The position numbers were made by a program, and so were the translations under genes. From the NCBI GenBank assembly GCA_029881725.1, contig JAOUMB010000004.1, positions 26,729-90,728 on the forward strand: a stretch of DNA of 64,000 nt, in the 5' to 3' direction. Of the stretch, positions 19,910 through 29,184 are shown piece after piece (the stretch's first letter is position 1; the number at the start of each line of letters is the position of its first letter). The DNA is from Nitrospirota bacterium (lineage in GTDB: Bacteria; Nitrospirota; JACRHL01). Under the pieces are notes generated by a model. That model ran no database searches. It was not told where the DNA came from and saw nothing but the letters and a program-made list of their open reading frames with translations.

Positions 19910-21058
19910 TCACACACGGGGCCGCTTGGGCGCTGGGGTGTAACTTCCCAGCACCACAGGCTGTCTGGCGCCGGTCACCCGGGGCAGGTTGCCCGGCTCG
20001 CCCCACAGGTGGCAACAGGCAAGCTCCGCGAAGGCCACCGCCTCCAGGCTGTCGGAGGCCACCCCGTAACGTTCCACCGCCCACACCCGGGCGCGGGGCA
20101 GGGCCGCTTCCAGCATTCCCATCAGGGTGCTGTTTTTAGCGCCTCCACCGCACAGCAGAACGTGGGCCCGCGCCGTACACCCCTCCACCGCACGGGCAAT
20201 GCTGTGGGCAGTCAGGGCGGTGGCGGTGGCCACCAGATCATCCCCCTTGACCCCGCGCTCGTCGGCGCGGGCCACCAGGGCATTGACATACTGTTTTCCG
20301 AACAATTCGCGACCGGTGGACTTGGGAGGTGGCGCCGAAAAAAACGGATGGGCGAGCAGTTCCTCCAGCAGAGGGATGCTGGTTTCCCCCCGGGCGGCGC
20401 GAGCACCATCCCGGTCAAACAACTCCTGCCCGCCGGTCAATCCAGCCACCAGGGCATCCACCACCATGTTGCCGGGGCCGGTGTCGAAGGAAACCACCGA
20501 GTCGGCATCGCGTCCGGCAGGCAGCCAGGTCAGATTGGCAATGCCGCCCACGTTGACCACCACCCGGTCGCTCTGCGCGTCGGACAGTAGCAAATGGTGG
20601 AGGCGCGGCGTGAGCGGCGCCCCCTGTCCGCCGTGGGCCAGATCCGCGGAGCGGAAGTCGGACACCACCGCAACGCCGGAGCGCGCCGCCAGATGGGACG
20701 CGGAACCCAGTTGCAGGGTGGATGGGGGGGTGGCGTCGGGCGCATGCCACACGGTCTGCCCGTGGGAGCCGATCACGTCCACCTGCTCCGCCGATACCCC
20801 GGCTCCCTTCAAAAGAGCCTCCACAGCCTCCGCAAAGGCCTCTGCGAGCGATGCATCCAGCAGACAGAGGTCGCGGCTGGTTGCCTCCCCCCCGGCGGCG
20901 TTCAGCACCCGGGCGCGCATGCGGGGCTGCATGGGAAGTTCCACGTAGTGACGCAACGTCACCGTGCGCGGTTCCCGGGTGACGGAAACCAGCGCCGCGT
21001 CGATGCCATCGGCAGAGGTGCCCGACATCAGCCCGATGGCCAGCAGAGTATCTTTCAT
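19910..21058 (-). CDS. anmK: anhydro-N-acetylmuramic acid kinase
   Basis: N-terminal GLMSGTSADGIDAALV motif and AnmK-family length of 382 aa. Confidence 0.9.
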   Translation of the reverse strand: MKDTLLAIGLMSGTSADGIDAALVSVTREPRTVTLRHYVELPMQPRMRARVLNAAGGEATSRDLCLLDASLAEAFAEAVEALLKGAGVSAEQVDVIGSHGQTVWHAPDATPPSTLQLGSASHLAARSGVAVVSDFRSADLAHGGQGAPLTPRLHHLLLSDAQSDRVVVNVGGIANLTWLPAGRDADSVVSFDTGPGNMVVDALVAGLTGGQELFDRDGARAARGETSIPLLEELLAHPFFSAPPPKSTGRELFGKQYVNALVARADERGVKGDDLVATATALTAHSIARAVEGCTARAHVLLCGGGAKNSTLMGMLEAALPRARVWAVERYGVASDSLEAVAFAELACCHLWGEPGNLPRVTGARQPVVLGSYTPAPKRPRV

Positions 21059-21678
21059 TCCAGCCGATGCCGAATGGTGAACAGCACCCGGGCCACATCC
21101 TCATCGCCCAGGTATTCGTTGGTCAGGGACAGGCCGGTTCGCCCATCCTTAAGTTCCGCCCCGAACAGTTCCATCCAGGCGTGCTGGTCCACCACGTCAT
21201 AGTAGAGATCTCGGGACAGGGCGCCGTTGCTGACGCGCAGGCGGATGGTCTCGGACAGCCGCAGCCGGACGCTGGGCGTACTCCGGCGCAAACCGTTCGC
21301 GTCCGCCTCCCCCTCGGGCGCCGCCGATCCGGTCAGCGAAAAATCGGTGGTGCGCAACCGCTCCACCGAACCCAGAACGCTGTCGCTTTCAGCCCAGGAG
21401 CGGAGCATATCGCTCAATTCCCGCTGCGCCATGCGCTTGGCCACGGAACGCCGTCTGGCGGCCCACTCCTCGGAATCCTCTCCCAGGGGAGGCACCATTT
21501 CCGATAGCTGATAGTGACTGACGGTACCGTCTCCCTGGTCACCGGTAATGCGCTGGTGCAGGAGGTCGGCGTCATTCTGGGCCTTTGCCGCCCCCGGAAC
21601 CGCCAGCAACAGGGCCAACACGGCCATACCGCAGCGTGCGGCCAGAAAGATCTGTCCTTTGATTCGTGCGTGGGGCAT
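21055..21678 (-). CDS. exported or signal-anchored hypothetical protein (about 207 aa)
   Basis: Start moved to MPHARIKG (ATG at 21678 by residue offset and base indexing) to avoid a long overlap with the upstream gene. Hydrophobic segment AVLALLLAVPGAAKA. 4-nt overlap with anmK. Confidence 0.45.
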   Translation of the reverse strand: MPHARIKGQIFLAARCGMAVLALLLAVPGAAKAQNDADLLHQRITGDQGDGTVSHYQLSEMVPPLGEDSEEWAARRRSVAKRMAQRELSDMLRSWAESDSVLGSVERLRTTDFSLTGSAAPEGEADANGLRRSTPSVRLRLSETIRLRVSNGALSRDLYYDVVDQHAWMELFGAELKDGRTGLSLTNEYLGDEDVARVLFTIRHRLE

Positions 21679-21719
21679 CTCTCGCCCAGCATACCAGACG
21701 GCATGAATCCCGCCAGGGA

Positions 21720-23603
21720 TCACTCCCCGGCCGTGCGCATCCGCGAGAAATATGCCTGCAACAGGCGATAAAGGGCGAGGCGCCGTCCCTCGCGCACCGG
21801 CAGTTGCACCTGCCATGCACCCTCGTGGGTACGCAGCATCAGCCCGCCGCCCTGGGGCGCCTTCTCGGGCAGCAGATCACATGCCTGCACGGCATCCAGC
21901 GGCATATCCAGCTTGCCGGAGGACAACAACAGCACCAACCGTCGACTGCCGACGATGATGCCGGCGGTCTTCAGCGTGCCCGCCTCGTCTCCCTTCACCT
22001 CGGCGATCTTCGCCCCCTGGCGGAACAGCCCATCCCGGTCGGCGAAGTACAGCACCCGCCCTTCCATGGTGCGGTGATGGTTGAACTTGACCCGCTCGGC
22101 ACTTTTCGGGCTGCGGTACATGCCCAATCGCTTGAGGCCGGCCAGCAGTTCCCGCTCCGCCTCCCGCGACCAGGCGTGGATGGGCGTGCCGCAGTATCCA
22201 CAGCGGTTGCGCATCACCGATTGCAACGAACGGCAGCGGCCACAGGCCACCTTGAGCAGGGTGTGGCACTTGGGACAGGCCTCGGTGGTGCTCATCACCG
22301 AAATGCCGCAATGGGGGCAATGAACCGGCTCCTTGCGCAATCCCTCCAGCGCCTCCGGCGGCACCGACGGCGGGCCGGGATCAGCGGCTCGCGTGTCCTG
22401 CCGCGGATGGGAATGGGAAGGTTCGCCGGTTCCCGCCTGCTCCGGCTGGGTATCCGGGTGGGTCATCGGTTCCGCCGAGGCGGCAGGGGCCCAGTTCGGA
22501 GGAATCGGATCGGTGGGCAGGGCACGCGGATCGTCGTATCGCTCCGTTTCGGATTCGGAGGCCAGGCTGAAGGCAATCTGCGGCGACGGCATGGTAACCG
22601 TGCGGGCCGGGTACGGCGCCGGGGCGGAGCGCCCGCGGGTTCCGCGCGTGCCGCCCGAATAGCCCGGGGCCGGATCCGCGGCGCCGAAGGTGGCCGCCGG
22701 GGCCAACCCATCGGGCCAGTCACCCTTGGACGTTTTTTCTTCCGTTTCCAGGTAATCGTAGTAGTGGTAGGAGGAACTGGAGTGCTCCATGTCGGAACAG
22801 GCCTGAGTGACCTCGGCAAAATCCACGTAGCGGGCCCGGTTGCTGTGCCCGACCACCAGCGCCAGATCGGCCACCGCACAAATCACCCGCGGACAGCCTT
22901 GGGAAAAACGGTAAATGCCCTGCATGGCCATGTCGGTGAACAGGGGCCGCTCGGCGCCCGCCACCGCCAGCCGGTGGTGGATCAGGTTGCAGGTATCCAC
23001 CTGATTCAGGTTGCGCAGCATGAAGCGCACCGGCAACCGCTGCCAGAATTCCGGGAAGGACCGCACCGCGGCATCCAGCGGAGCCTGCCCCGACAGGATA
23101 AAGCCGAGCAGAAATTCACCGGAGGAGCAGAAATTGAGCAGGATGCGGAACTCCTGAAGCAGTTCCGGCTGTTCCGCCATCATCTGGCCCTCGTCCACGA
23201 TCACCAGATTGCGCATGCCGCGGGCATGGCACTCCTTCAGGTGGTCACGCAGCAGGTTGATGTCGTGGACCTTGTCCCCACGCACCCCTTCCACGCCAAG
23301 CTGGCGCGCAATCTCGGCCACCATCTGGGCCGGGGTCATGGTCGGATAGTCCAGATAGGCGATGCGGATCTGGTTCCGGGTCTCCTCCACCAGATGCTGC
23401 ATCAGCAGTTGCAAGGTGGTGGTTTTGCCGTCTCCGGCCTCCTCGGAGATCAACAAGGCCCCGCCCTTGCCGGAATGAATGGCGTACTTGAGACGCATCA
23501 GGCACTCGCGGTGCTGATCGCTCAAATAAAACAGCCTTGGATTCGGCGCCAGGGAAAATGGCGCCTCTTTCAGGCCCCAGTACTGCAAATATGCGGGAAG
23601 CAT
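21720..23603 (-). CDS. ExeA/GspA-like AAA+ ATPase fused to a Pro-rich linker, a double zinc ribbon and an uncharacterised C-terminal domain
   Basis: N-terminus LQYWGLKEAPFSLAPNPRLFYLSDQHRE...GKGGALLISEEAGDGKTT (ExeA/MshM type with Walker A) and Walker B (LVIVDEGQ). Then CPHCG...CPKC...CGRC...CGYCG (four CxxC pairs) and a ~150-aa C-terminal domain. No TM helix. Confidence 0.6.
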   Translation of the reverse strand: MLPAYLQYWGLKEAPFSLAPNPRLFYLSDQHRECLMRLKYAIHSGKGGALLISEEAGDGKTTTLQLLMQHLVEETRNQIRIAYLDYPTMTPAQMVAEIARQLGVEGVRGDKVHDINLLRDHLKECHARGMRNLVIVDEGQMMAEQPELLQEFRILLNFCSSGEFLLGFILSGQAPLDAAVRSFPEFWQRLPVRFMLRNLNQVDTCNLIHHRLAVAGAERPLFTDMAMQGIYRFSQGCPRVICAVADLALVVGHSNRARYVDFAEVTQACSDMEHSSSSYHYYDYLETEEKTSKGDWPDGLAPAATFGAADPAPGYSGGTRGTRGRSAPAPYPARTVTMPSPQIAFSLASESETERYDDPRALPTDPIPPNWAPAASAEPMTHPDTQPEQAGTGEPSHSHPRQDTRAADPGPPSVPPEALEGLRKEPVHCPHCGISVMSTTEACPKCHTLLKVACGRCRSLQSVMRNRCGYCGTPIHAWSREAERELLAGLKRLGMYRSPKSAERVKFNHHRTMEGRVLYFADRDGLFRQGAKIAEVKGDEAGTLKTAGIIVGSRRLVLLLSSGKLDMPLDAVQACDLLPEKAPQGGGLMLRTHEGAWQVQLPVREGRRLALYRLLQAYFSRMRTAGE

Positions 23604-23719
23604 GACCCCTCTCAGTCAAGCGGCGGATACAGGTCCGCACAAAGGTGAAAGGTACCAAAGAGATGCAAATCCCGCAAATCGGGCCGGGTGCCATAACGGA
23701 CTGAACAGGACACGCCCAT

Positions 23720-25075
23720 CTACGGCCGTGCCTCGTGGGGCGCCATATCGTCCGCTTCGCCGGGCAGCGGATGGCCTTCGGGCAACGGGGCCGGTTTGCG
23801 ATAGGCGATGGACAGGGTGTGTTCGGTGCCGGAACGCGCCACCACCAGAATCCCGTTGTGACCCTCCACGGCCACGGTCATGGCCGCCTTCACGTCGGCC
23901 ATATCGGACAGGGCATTGCCGTCCAGCGATACCAGCCGGTCGCCCTCGGCAACCCCCGCATCCGCCGCCGGGGAGCCGGGCAACACACCCCGCACGAACA
24001 GGCCGTCGTCGCGCGGGTCCAGACTCACACCGAGCATCACCCGCTCTCCCTCCCGGTCCCGGTAATCCACCGCCCACACGAAGTCGGCATACGGCATGGG
24101 AAAGTCGGGCATGTCCACGTCCATCTGCAATTCTTCCCGCTCCGCGGGCATGCTCACCGTCACCGGCACCAGGGTGGTGTAGGAGACCGGCACGCGGGCA
24201 AACAGTTGGCGCGGAATGCCAAAACCGTACTGCACGTGCCCGGCCCCCGCCAGCACCAGCAGGGTGCGCCGGGGCTCCCGCTCCAGGGCGCGGGCCGCGT
24301 ATTCCGCCATGGTCGCCTCCCACAGACGCTGCACGCGGCCAAAACCGCCGCTCCCCCCATGGCCATGGCCGCCCAGAATGGCGGTCATGTAGGCCTCGTG
24401 GTACGGATCGGCGGCCAGCATTGGATCAACCACCGGCACCTCGGCCTCTCCCGAGGAGACCGCCTTCACCTCCTCGCGGGTGGCGTTCAGGGCGATCAGC
24501 GGGATGTGCCGCTCGCGGGCATAGCGCATGATCGGCGCGTAATACTCCCAGTCCTCCGACCAGTGCCGGTACCACACCTTCAGAAACGCCGCCTCATCCA
24601 TCTGCCCCGCCACCCACCGGTCCAGATCGGCCTGGGCGGTGTGCGGAAACATCTCCAGCCCCACCATCACCTGCCCCCCCTTGCGCGCTTCCAGCGCCTT
24701 GAGGACGAGAAGCTGGATGCGGTGGTCCTCCAGGCTGGTGTGCATTTCGCCCACAAAAACCACCCGGTGGTCGGCCAGCAGGTCCAGCAACTGGGTTTCG
24801 CTCACCTGACGGCCGGTGGGCAGATGCACGATGCTCCCGGCGCTCAGGGAGTCGATATCCCGGTAGGGGGAACTGGCGGCAAACGCCTCGAATCCGGGGG
24901 CGGAAGCCGTTTCGGAATCCTCCGTTGCGGCAGCGTGCCCGTGGGGGGAGGGATGCCCCTGTGGCAGGTCCATGTGGCCCTCCACGGCATGCGGGAGGGG
25001 AACCGGCCCGGAGGCGCAGGCAAAAAGCAGGAACAGGGCGGACAGCGCGGCCGGGCGAGGGAACAATCGGGACAT
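23720..25075 (-). CDS. ChaN-family (Tiki/TraB superfamily) lipoprotein with a C-terminal PDZ domain
   Basis: Lipobox (LLFACASG). ChaN-like core (VVFVGEMH ... GAGH). C-terminal PDZ-like region (GVSLDPRDDGLFVRGVLPGSPAADAGVAEGDRLVSLDG). ATG at 25075 checked by base indexing. Confidence 0.55.
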   Translation of the reverse strand: MSRLFPRPAALSALFLLFACASGPVPLPHAVEGHMDLPQGHPSPHGHAAATEDSETASAPGFEAFAASSPYRDIDSLSAGSIVHLPTGRQVSETQLLDLLADHRVVFVGEMHTSLEDHRIQLLVLKALEARKGGQVMVGLEMFPHTAQADLDRWVAGQMDEAAFLKVWYRHWSEDWEYYAPIMRYARERHIPLIALNATREEVKAVSSGEAEVPVVDPMLAADPYHEAYMTAILGGHGHGGSGGFGRVQRLWEATMAEYAARALEREPRRTLLVLAGAGHVQYGFGIPRQLFARVPVSYTTLVPVTVSMPAEREELQMDVDMPDFPMPYADFVWAVDYRDREGERVMLGVSLDPRDDGLFVRGVLPGSPAADAGVAEGDRLVSLDGNALSDMADVKAAMTVAVEGHNGILVVARSGTEHTLSIAYRKPAPLPEGHPLPGEADDMAPHEARP

Positions 25076-25107
25076 GCGGACTCCTTGGGGGATCGACAAC
25101 AGGGGGG

Positions 25108-26364
25108 TCAGTATAAGTGGTATTCGCCGGAAGGGCGCAGCAGACGGTTCAGATCCACGTCAGTGCGCAGCATTTGCAGTTCGTGTCCGCGCACCTTGAC
25201 CCCCATTTCCACCGCCCGGCGCAGGACATTGGCATGCCGCCGGTCTCCCAGCAGCACCGCGCCGATCAGGGCCCCGTCCCGGAACACCAGACGCCGGAAA
25301 CCCTCCGCGCGCGGGTTGGTGGTGACCTCCGCGTCGCCCTCGGCGTCCCATGCGCCGATCAGGGTCATGGGCAGGTCGTACAGGGTGGCCGCGTGGTAAT
25401 GGCGGCACGCCTCATAGACCGCATCCCCTCCGGCCATATTGATGCCCGCCACCCGCCCCTGGGTGGCCGCCGCCTGCCAGCCGCCACAGGTCAGCCGGTG
25501 ACCATCGTGAATCACCGCGCAGCCGTCTCCGGCCGCAAAGATGCCGGGAGCTCCGGTTTGCAGGCGTCCGTCCACCTGCAACTCTCCGCCGCTCGACCCG
25601 AAGCGCGGCCCGGCGGCCAATCCAGCGCTTCCGGCCAAGGCCAGTTGCGGCGGGCCGTCCACCCCCACCCCCACCCAACGGCAGGCAATGCCCTTGCCGC
25701 GGTCGGTACCCACCGCCGCCACCCGTCCGCCTTGGGATTCCACCGAGGTGACGCGCTCGCCCAACCGCACCTCCACACCATCGTCGGCCAGCCTGCGGAA
25801 CAGTTGGTGGCTTCCCGCCGCATCCAGCCACGGGGCGCCCAGTCCGGCCTCCGGCACCAGCAGGGTCACGTCCACCCCCATGCGCCGGGCCACCCAGGCC
25901 AGCGACAGGGCACGCACTCCGCCTCCGGTGATCACCGCGCGGCCGCCCTGCTGGCACAGTTCGCGCACCCGGACCGCATCCTCCAGGGTGCCGAAGCCGA
26001 CCACCTGCCCGGCATTTTCGCCCGGACACCCGAGCCGTGCCGGGGACAGGCCACAGGCCAGCAACAGCCGGTCCCACCGGTACTCGAGTCCTTCCGAATC
26101 GGTAACGGTTTGCCCGCCAGGGTCGATCGATATGAGGGGACGCGGGATGTGTTCCACCCGCAACGCCTCCCAGTGACCTTTCGGGACCGCCCACAGGTCA
26201 TCGCTGGAAATGCGGTCCAGGACGTACCACGGCAGGGAGGCGCGAAAATAGAACGGGTGCGGGTCGGCGCTGAACACGCGTATCCGGGCCTGAGGGTCCG
26301 CCTCACGGATGGCCGTGGCCGCGTGCGCTCCGGCGGGACCGAATCCGGCAATCAGGTAGTTCAC
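25108..26364 (-). CDS. FAD-dependent pyridine nucleotide-disulfide oxidoreductase (NAD(P)/FAD-binding)
   Basis: N-terminal GxGxxG (LIAGFGPAGAHAA), a second dinucleotide fold (VITGGGVRALSLA) and an AAGDGCAV-type FAD motif. Confidence 0.7.
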   Translation of the reverse strand: MNYLIAGFGPAGAHAATAIREADPQARIRVFSADPHPFYFRASLPWYVLDRISSDDLWAVPKGHWEALRVEHIPRPLISIDPGGQTVTDSEGLEYRWDRLLLACGLSPARLGCPGENAGQVVGFGTLEDAVRVRELCQQGGRAVITGGGVRALSLAWVARRMGVDVTLLVPEAGLGAPWLDAAGSHQLFRRLADDGVEVRLGERVTSVESQGGRVAAVGTDRGKGIACRWVGVGVDGPPQLALAGSAGLAAGPRFGSSGGELQVDGRLQTGAPGIFAAGDGCAVIHDGHRLTCGGWQAAATQGRVAGINMAGGDAVYEACRHYHAATLYDLPMTLIGAWDAEGDAEVTTNPRAEGFRRLVFRDGALIGAVLLGDRRHANVLRRAVEMGVKVRGHELQMLRTDVDLNRLLRPSGEYHLY

Positions 26365-27569
26365 GCGCCCTCGGCTGGTACCCGGGAGCCGTCGTTGGAC
26401 GGCACCGGGGCGGAAAAATGCACCGGTTGGGGCGTAGGGCCACTATCGGCAATGATGAGATCGTGGATCAGGTCCACCAGGCTGACCACCTCCACCTCCC
26501 CTTTCACGGCCACCGGGGAAAACGCCTCCTGGCAGTGGACACACTCCACCACCATGCGCTGGGCCCCGGCGTCCGCGGCCATGTCCAGCCGGTCCCGACG
26601 CAACTTCAGCAGTTGTTCGGGGTTCACGCCAAACTGGTGATGCCCGCAGCAGGGGGCGGCGGCGCCGCTTAGCGGCATCTCCACCATGGCGCCCAGTTGC
26701 CTCAGCACCCGGCGCGGTTCCTCTCCCTCCCCCAGCTTGCGGCTGGTGTGGCAGGCATCGTGAAAGGTCATGGTGCCGGCGAAGTGCCGGAGCGGAAAGC
26801 GGTGCAGGTTCCGGCGAATCCAGCTGGAAACGGTGACCGGGGTGAATGGCGTGTCGTACACGGCGGCGATGCGCGACAGGGCCGCGTAACATTCAGAGCC
26901 GCTGACCACCACCTCCCTGGGCGCCACCTTGCCGATGCGACCGGCCACATGGGCCATCATCTCCTCGGCCCGGGTCAGGTCGCCGGCCATGTAGTGCCCC
27001 CACCCGCAACAGGAGGTGAGCCCGCCCAGCACCTCGTATCCGGTTTTCAGATAATCGGCGATGTCCAGCACCTTGGCAGCCATGCCGGTTTCGGAGAAGA
27101 TGGTGCAGCCAAAGAAAAACAGGGTGTCGGCCGGTTGCAGGCTGCGCTTGTCCGCATGCTGGGCCAACTGTCCAAGACGGCCCCGGTTTTTCAGGTTGTG
27201 CACCGCCACGCCCACCTTCCGCCCCACCGACTTGCCAGGGCCAAAGGTTTCCAGGCGGAAATACTCCCGCGGGCGCGGGTCCATGCGGCTCCGCAGCCAC
27301 AGCACCATGGCGTCACGCTCCAGGCCGGTGGGACAGACTGGTACGCACAGGCCACACTGGGTGCATTCGGCGGCAAACCGGGCAATCTCTCCCTGGGGAG
27401 GGTCCCCGGCAGAGGTGGCCTGGTTCAGGTCGGCAATGCGCAGGGATGGCGGTGCCACCGGGCACACGCGCAGGCACTCACGGCAGCCGATGCAGGCGGC
27501 CAGCCCGGTGGCGACCTTTTCCCGAAGGGTTTCGCGGAGGATGCCCATGCCCTGTGTTCCCTGTACCAA
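26361..27569 (-). CDS. Fe-S oxidoreductase with 2x[4Fe-4S] ferredoxin motifs and CCG domains (HdrD/GlcF/GlpC-like)
   Basis: CIGCRECLRVCP and CTQCGLCVPVCP clusters followed by Cys-rich CCG-type motifs (SCCGW, PCCGHH). 4-nt overlap with the downstream FAD oxidoreductase. Start could be M1 or M8. Confidence 0.7.
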   Translation of the reverse strand: MVQGTQGMGILRETLREKVATGLAACIGCRECLRVCPVAPPSLRIADLNQATSAGDPPQGEIARFAAECTQCGLCVPVCPTGLERDAMVLWLRSRMDPRPREYFRLETFGPGKSVGRKVGVAVHNLKNRGRLGQLAQHADKRSLQPADTLFFFGCTIFSETGMAAKVLDIADYLKTGYEVLGGLTSCCGWGHYMAGDLTRAEEMMAHVAGRIGKVAPREVVVSGSECYAALSRIAAVYDTPFTPVTVSSWIRRNLHRFPLRHFAGTMTFHDACHTSRKLGEGEEPRRVLRQLGAMVEMPLSGAAAPCCGHHQFGVNPEQLLKLRRDRLDMAADAGAQRMVVECVHCQEAFSPVAVKGEVEVVSLVDLIHDLIIADSGPTPQPVHFSAPVPSNDGSRVPAEGA

Positions 27570-27587
27570 CCAATGACGTCCAGTCCC

Positions 27588-29033
27588 TCAGGATAGACCA
27601 GCCGACCGCTGTGCGGCCAGCGTGTTGCGGCAGGTTTGCACAAACGCCACCCAATCGGCGGCAACCCGGTGGTCCGCCAGCACATGCGCCCAGGTGGCCA
27701 GAACATTGTCCACCCGATACCCCTCCGCCCGCGCTCCCTTGCCCCCGCGGCGGGCCAGCGTGAGCGTGGTGGACACCCCGGAGGACTCCAGGGCGGCGCG
27801 GTCGATTTCCGCGTAGTGGAACTCGTGCCCGCGCAGGGTCGACCCCGCCTGGCCCAGCGGGCCGTCGGCGGTGACGGCAATTTCGCGGTAGCCCAGTGCG
27901 GCGCGTTGCTCCAGCAAGCGGCAGCGGGCAGGCAGCACGCCGCAAAATCCGAAGGTCGCCCCATCCGGGCGGGTCACCCCCTGGCTCAGGTAGACCAGCC
28001 CGCCACATTCGGCATAGATCGGCATCCCAGTCCCCGCCGCGCCGCGAACCGCTTCCAGCATGGGCACATTGGCGGACAGCGCCTCCCCGTGCAGTTCCGG
28101 ATAGCCGCCCGGCAGATAGAGGGCATCCACCTCCGGCAGCGATGGGTCGGAGAGCGGGCTGAACGGCACAATCCGCGCCCCGGCCGCCTCCAGCGCCTCC
28201 ACGGTATCGGGATAGATAAAACAGAAGGCCGCATCCCGCGCCACCCCGATGCGTACCACCGGTTCGGGAAGGGAAACCACCGCGGGAGCCGGGGGCGGCG
28301 TGATCGTGGTTAACGCCAGCAGACGGTCCACGTCCACCCCCTCGGCCACCCGCTCGGCCATCCGCGTCAACACGCCTTCGTCAGACAGATCCTCGGCGGT
28401 GACCAGCCCCAGGTGACGCTCCGGCAGGGAAATTCCCACATCCCGTGGCAGATGCCCGAGCACCGGAATGGTGGTGTGGGCGTTCAGGGCATCCACGAGG
28501 TGCTCCAAATGGTTTGGCGAAGCCACCCGGTTGAGAATCACCCCCGCCACGTTCACATCCGGATCCAGGGTCGCGAAGCCATGCACCACGGCGGCCACCG
28601 ATGCGGCCATGCCGGAAGCATCCACCACCAGAATCACGGGAATGCCCAGGCGCCGGGCCAGATCGGCGGAGGAGCCGGACAGGTCGTCCCCCGCAGCGCC
28701 GTCGAACAATCCCATCACCCCCTCCACCACCGCCACGTCATGGCCCCTCAGCCCCCGCGCGAACGAGGCCGCCACCGCCGCGGGCGGCATCATCCAGCTA
28801 TCCAGGTTACGGGATGGGCGCCCTGCGGCCAGGCGGTGCAGGCCGGGGTCGATAAAGTCCGGGCCGGCCTTGAACGGCGCCACCGCGAGGCCCCGACTGG
28901 CCAGCGCGCCCATCAGGCCCAGGGCCACGGTGGTCTTGCCAACCCCGGAGCGGGTTCCCGCAATCAGAAAGGCCGAGCGGGCAGAGCCCGCAGCCCGGTC
29001 TGCCGATGGGAGCAATGGACCGGAATCAGTCAT
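27588..29033 (-). CDS. cobyrinic acid a,c-diamide synthase family amidotransferase (CobB/CbiA-like; possibly a siroheme/sirohydrochlorin amidase paralog)
   Basis: N-terminal AAA-like ATP-binding domain (IAGTRSGVGKTTVALGL) and C-terminal glutamine amidotransferase domain with a catalytic Cys (ECGG). 481 aa. Confidence 0.8.
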   Translation of the reverse strand: MTDSGPLLPSADRAAGSARSAFLIAGTRSGVGKTTVALGLMGALASRGLAVAPFKAGPDFIDPGLHRLAAGRPSRNLDSWMMPPAAVAASFARGLRGHDVAVVEGVMGLFDGAAGDDLSGSSADLARRLGIPVILVVDASGMAASVAAVVHGFATLDPDVNVAGVILNRVASPNHLEHLVDALNAHTTIPVLGHLPRDVGISLPERHLGLVTAEDLSDEGVLTRMAERVAEGVDVDRLLALTTITPPPAPAVVSLPEPVVRIGVARDAAFCFIYPDTVEALEAAGARIVPFSPLSDPSLPEVDALYLPGGYPELHGEALSANVPMLEAVRGAAGTGMPIYAECGGLVYLSQGVTRPDGATFGFCGVLPARCRLLEQRAALGYREIAVTADGPLGQAGSTLRGHEFHYAEIDRAALESSGVSTTLTLARRGGKGARAEGYRVDNVLATWAHVLADHRVAADWVAFVQTCRNTLAAQRSAGLS

Positions 29034-29184
29034 TCAGCGGTGTTCCGTGGGAGTTGGGCAGCACTGGGCGCACGGCCTGGCAATCAGTGGAGATGCAGGC
29101 CACGCGGGTTGGGCGCACCCGGGGAAATCCGTCGTCGGGGCAGCACGCACCACCACCCATCCGGGGCGGCTGCCGCCCCATCGC

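Noticed and set aside
21666-23648. 660-aa plus-strand ORF antisense to the ExeA-like gene. The same pattern appears at 13894..15870 (658 aa, antisense to the DASS transporter) and 47252..48757 (501 aa, antisense to the aldolase).
   Set aside because: Each overlaps a gene with strong family support on the opposite strand and has no recognisable motifs.
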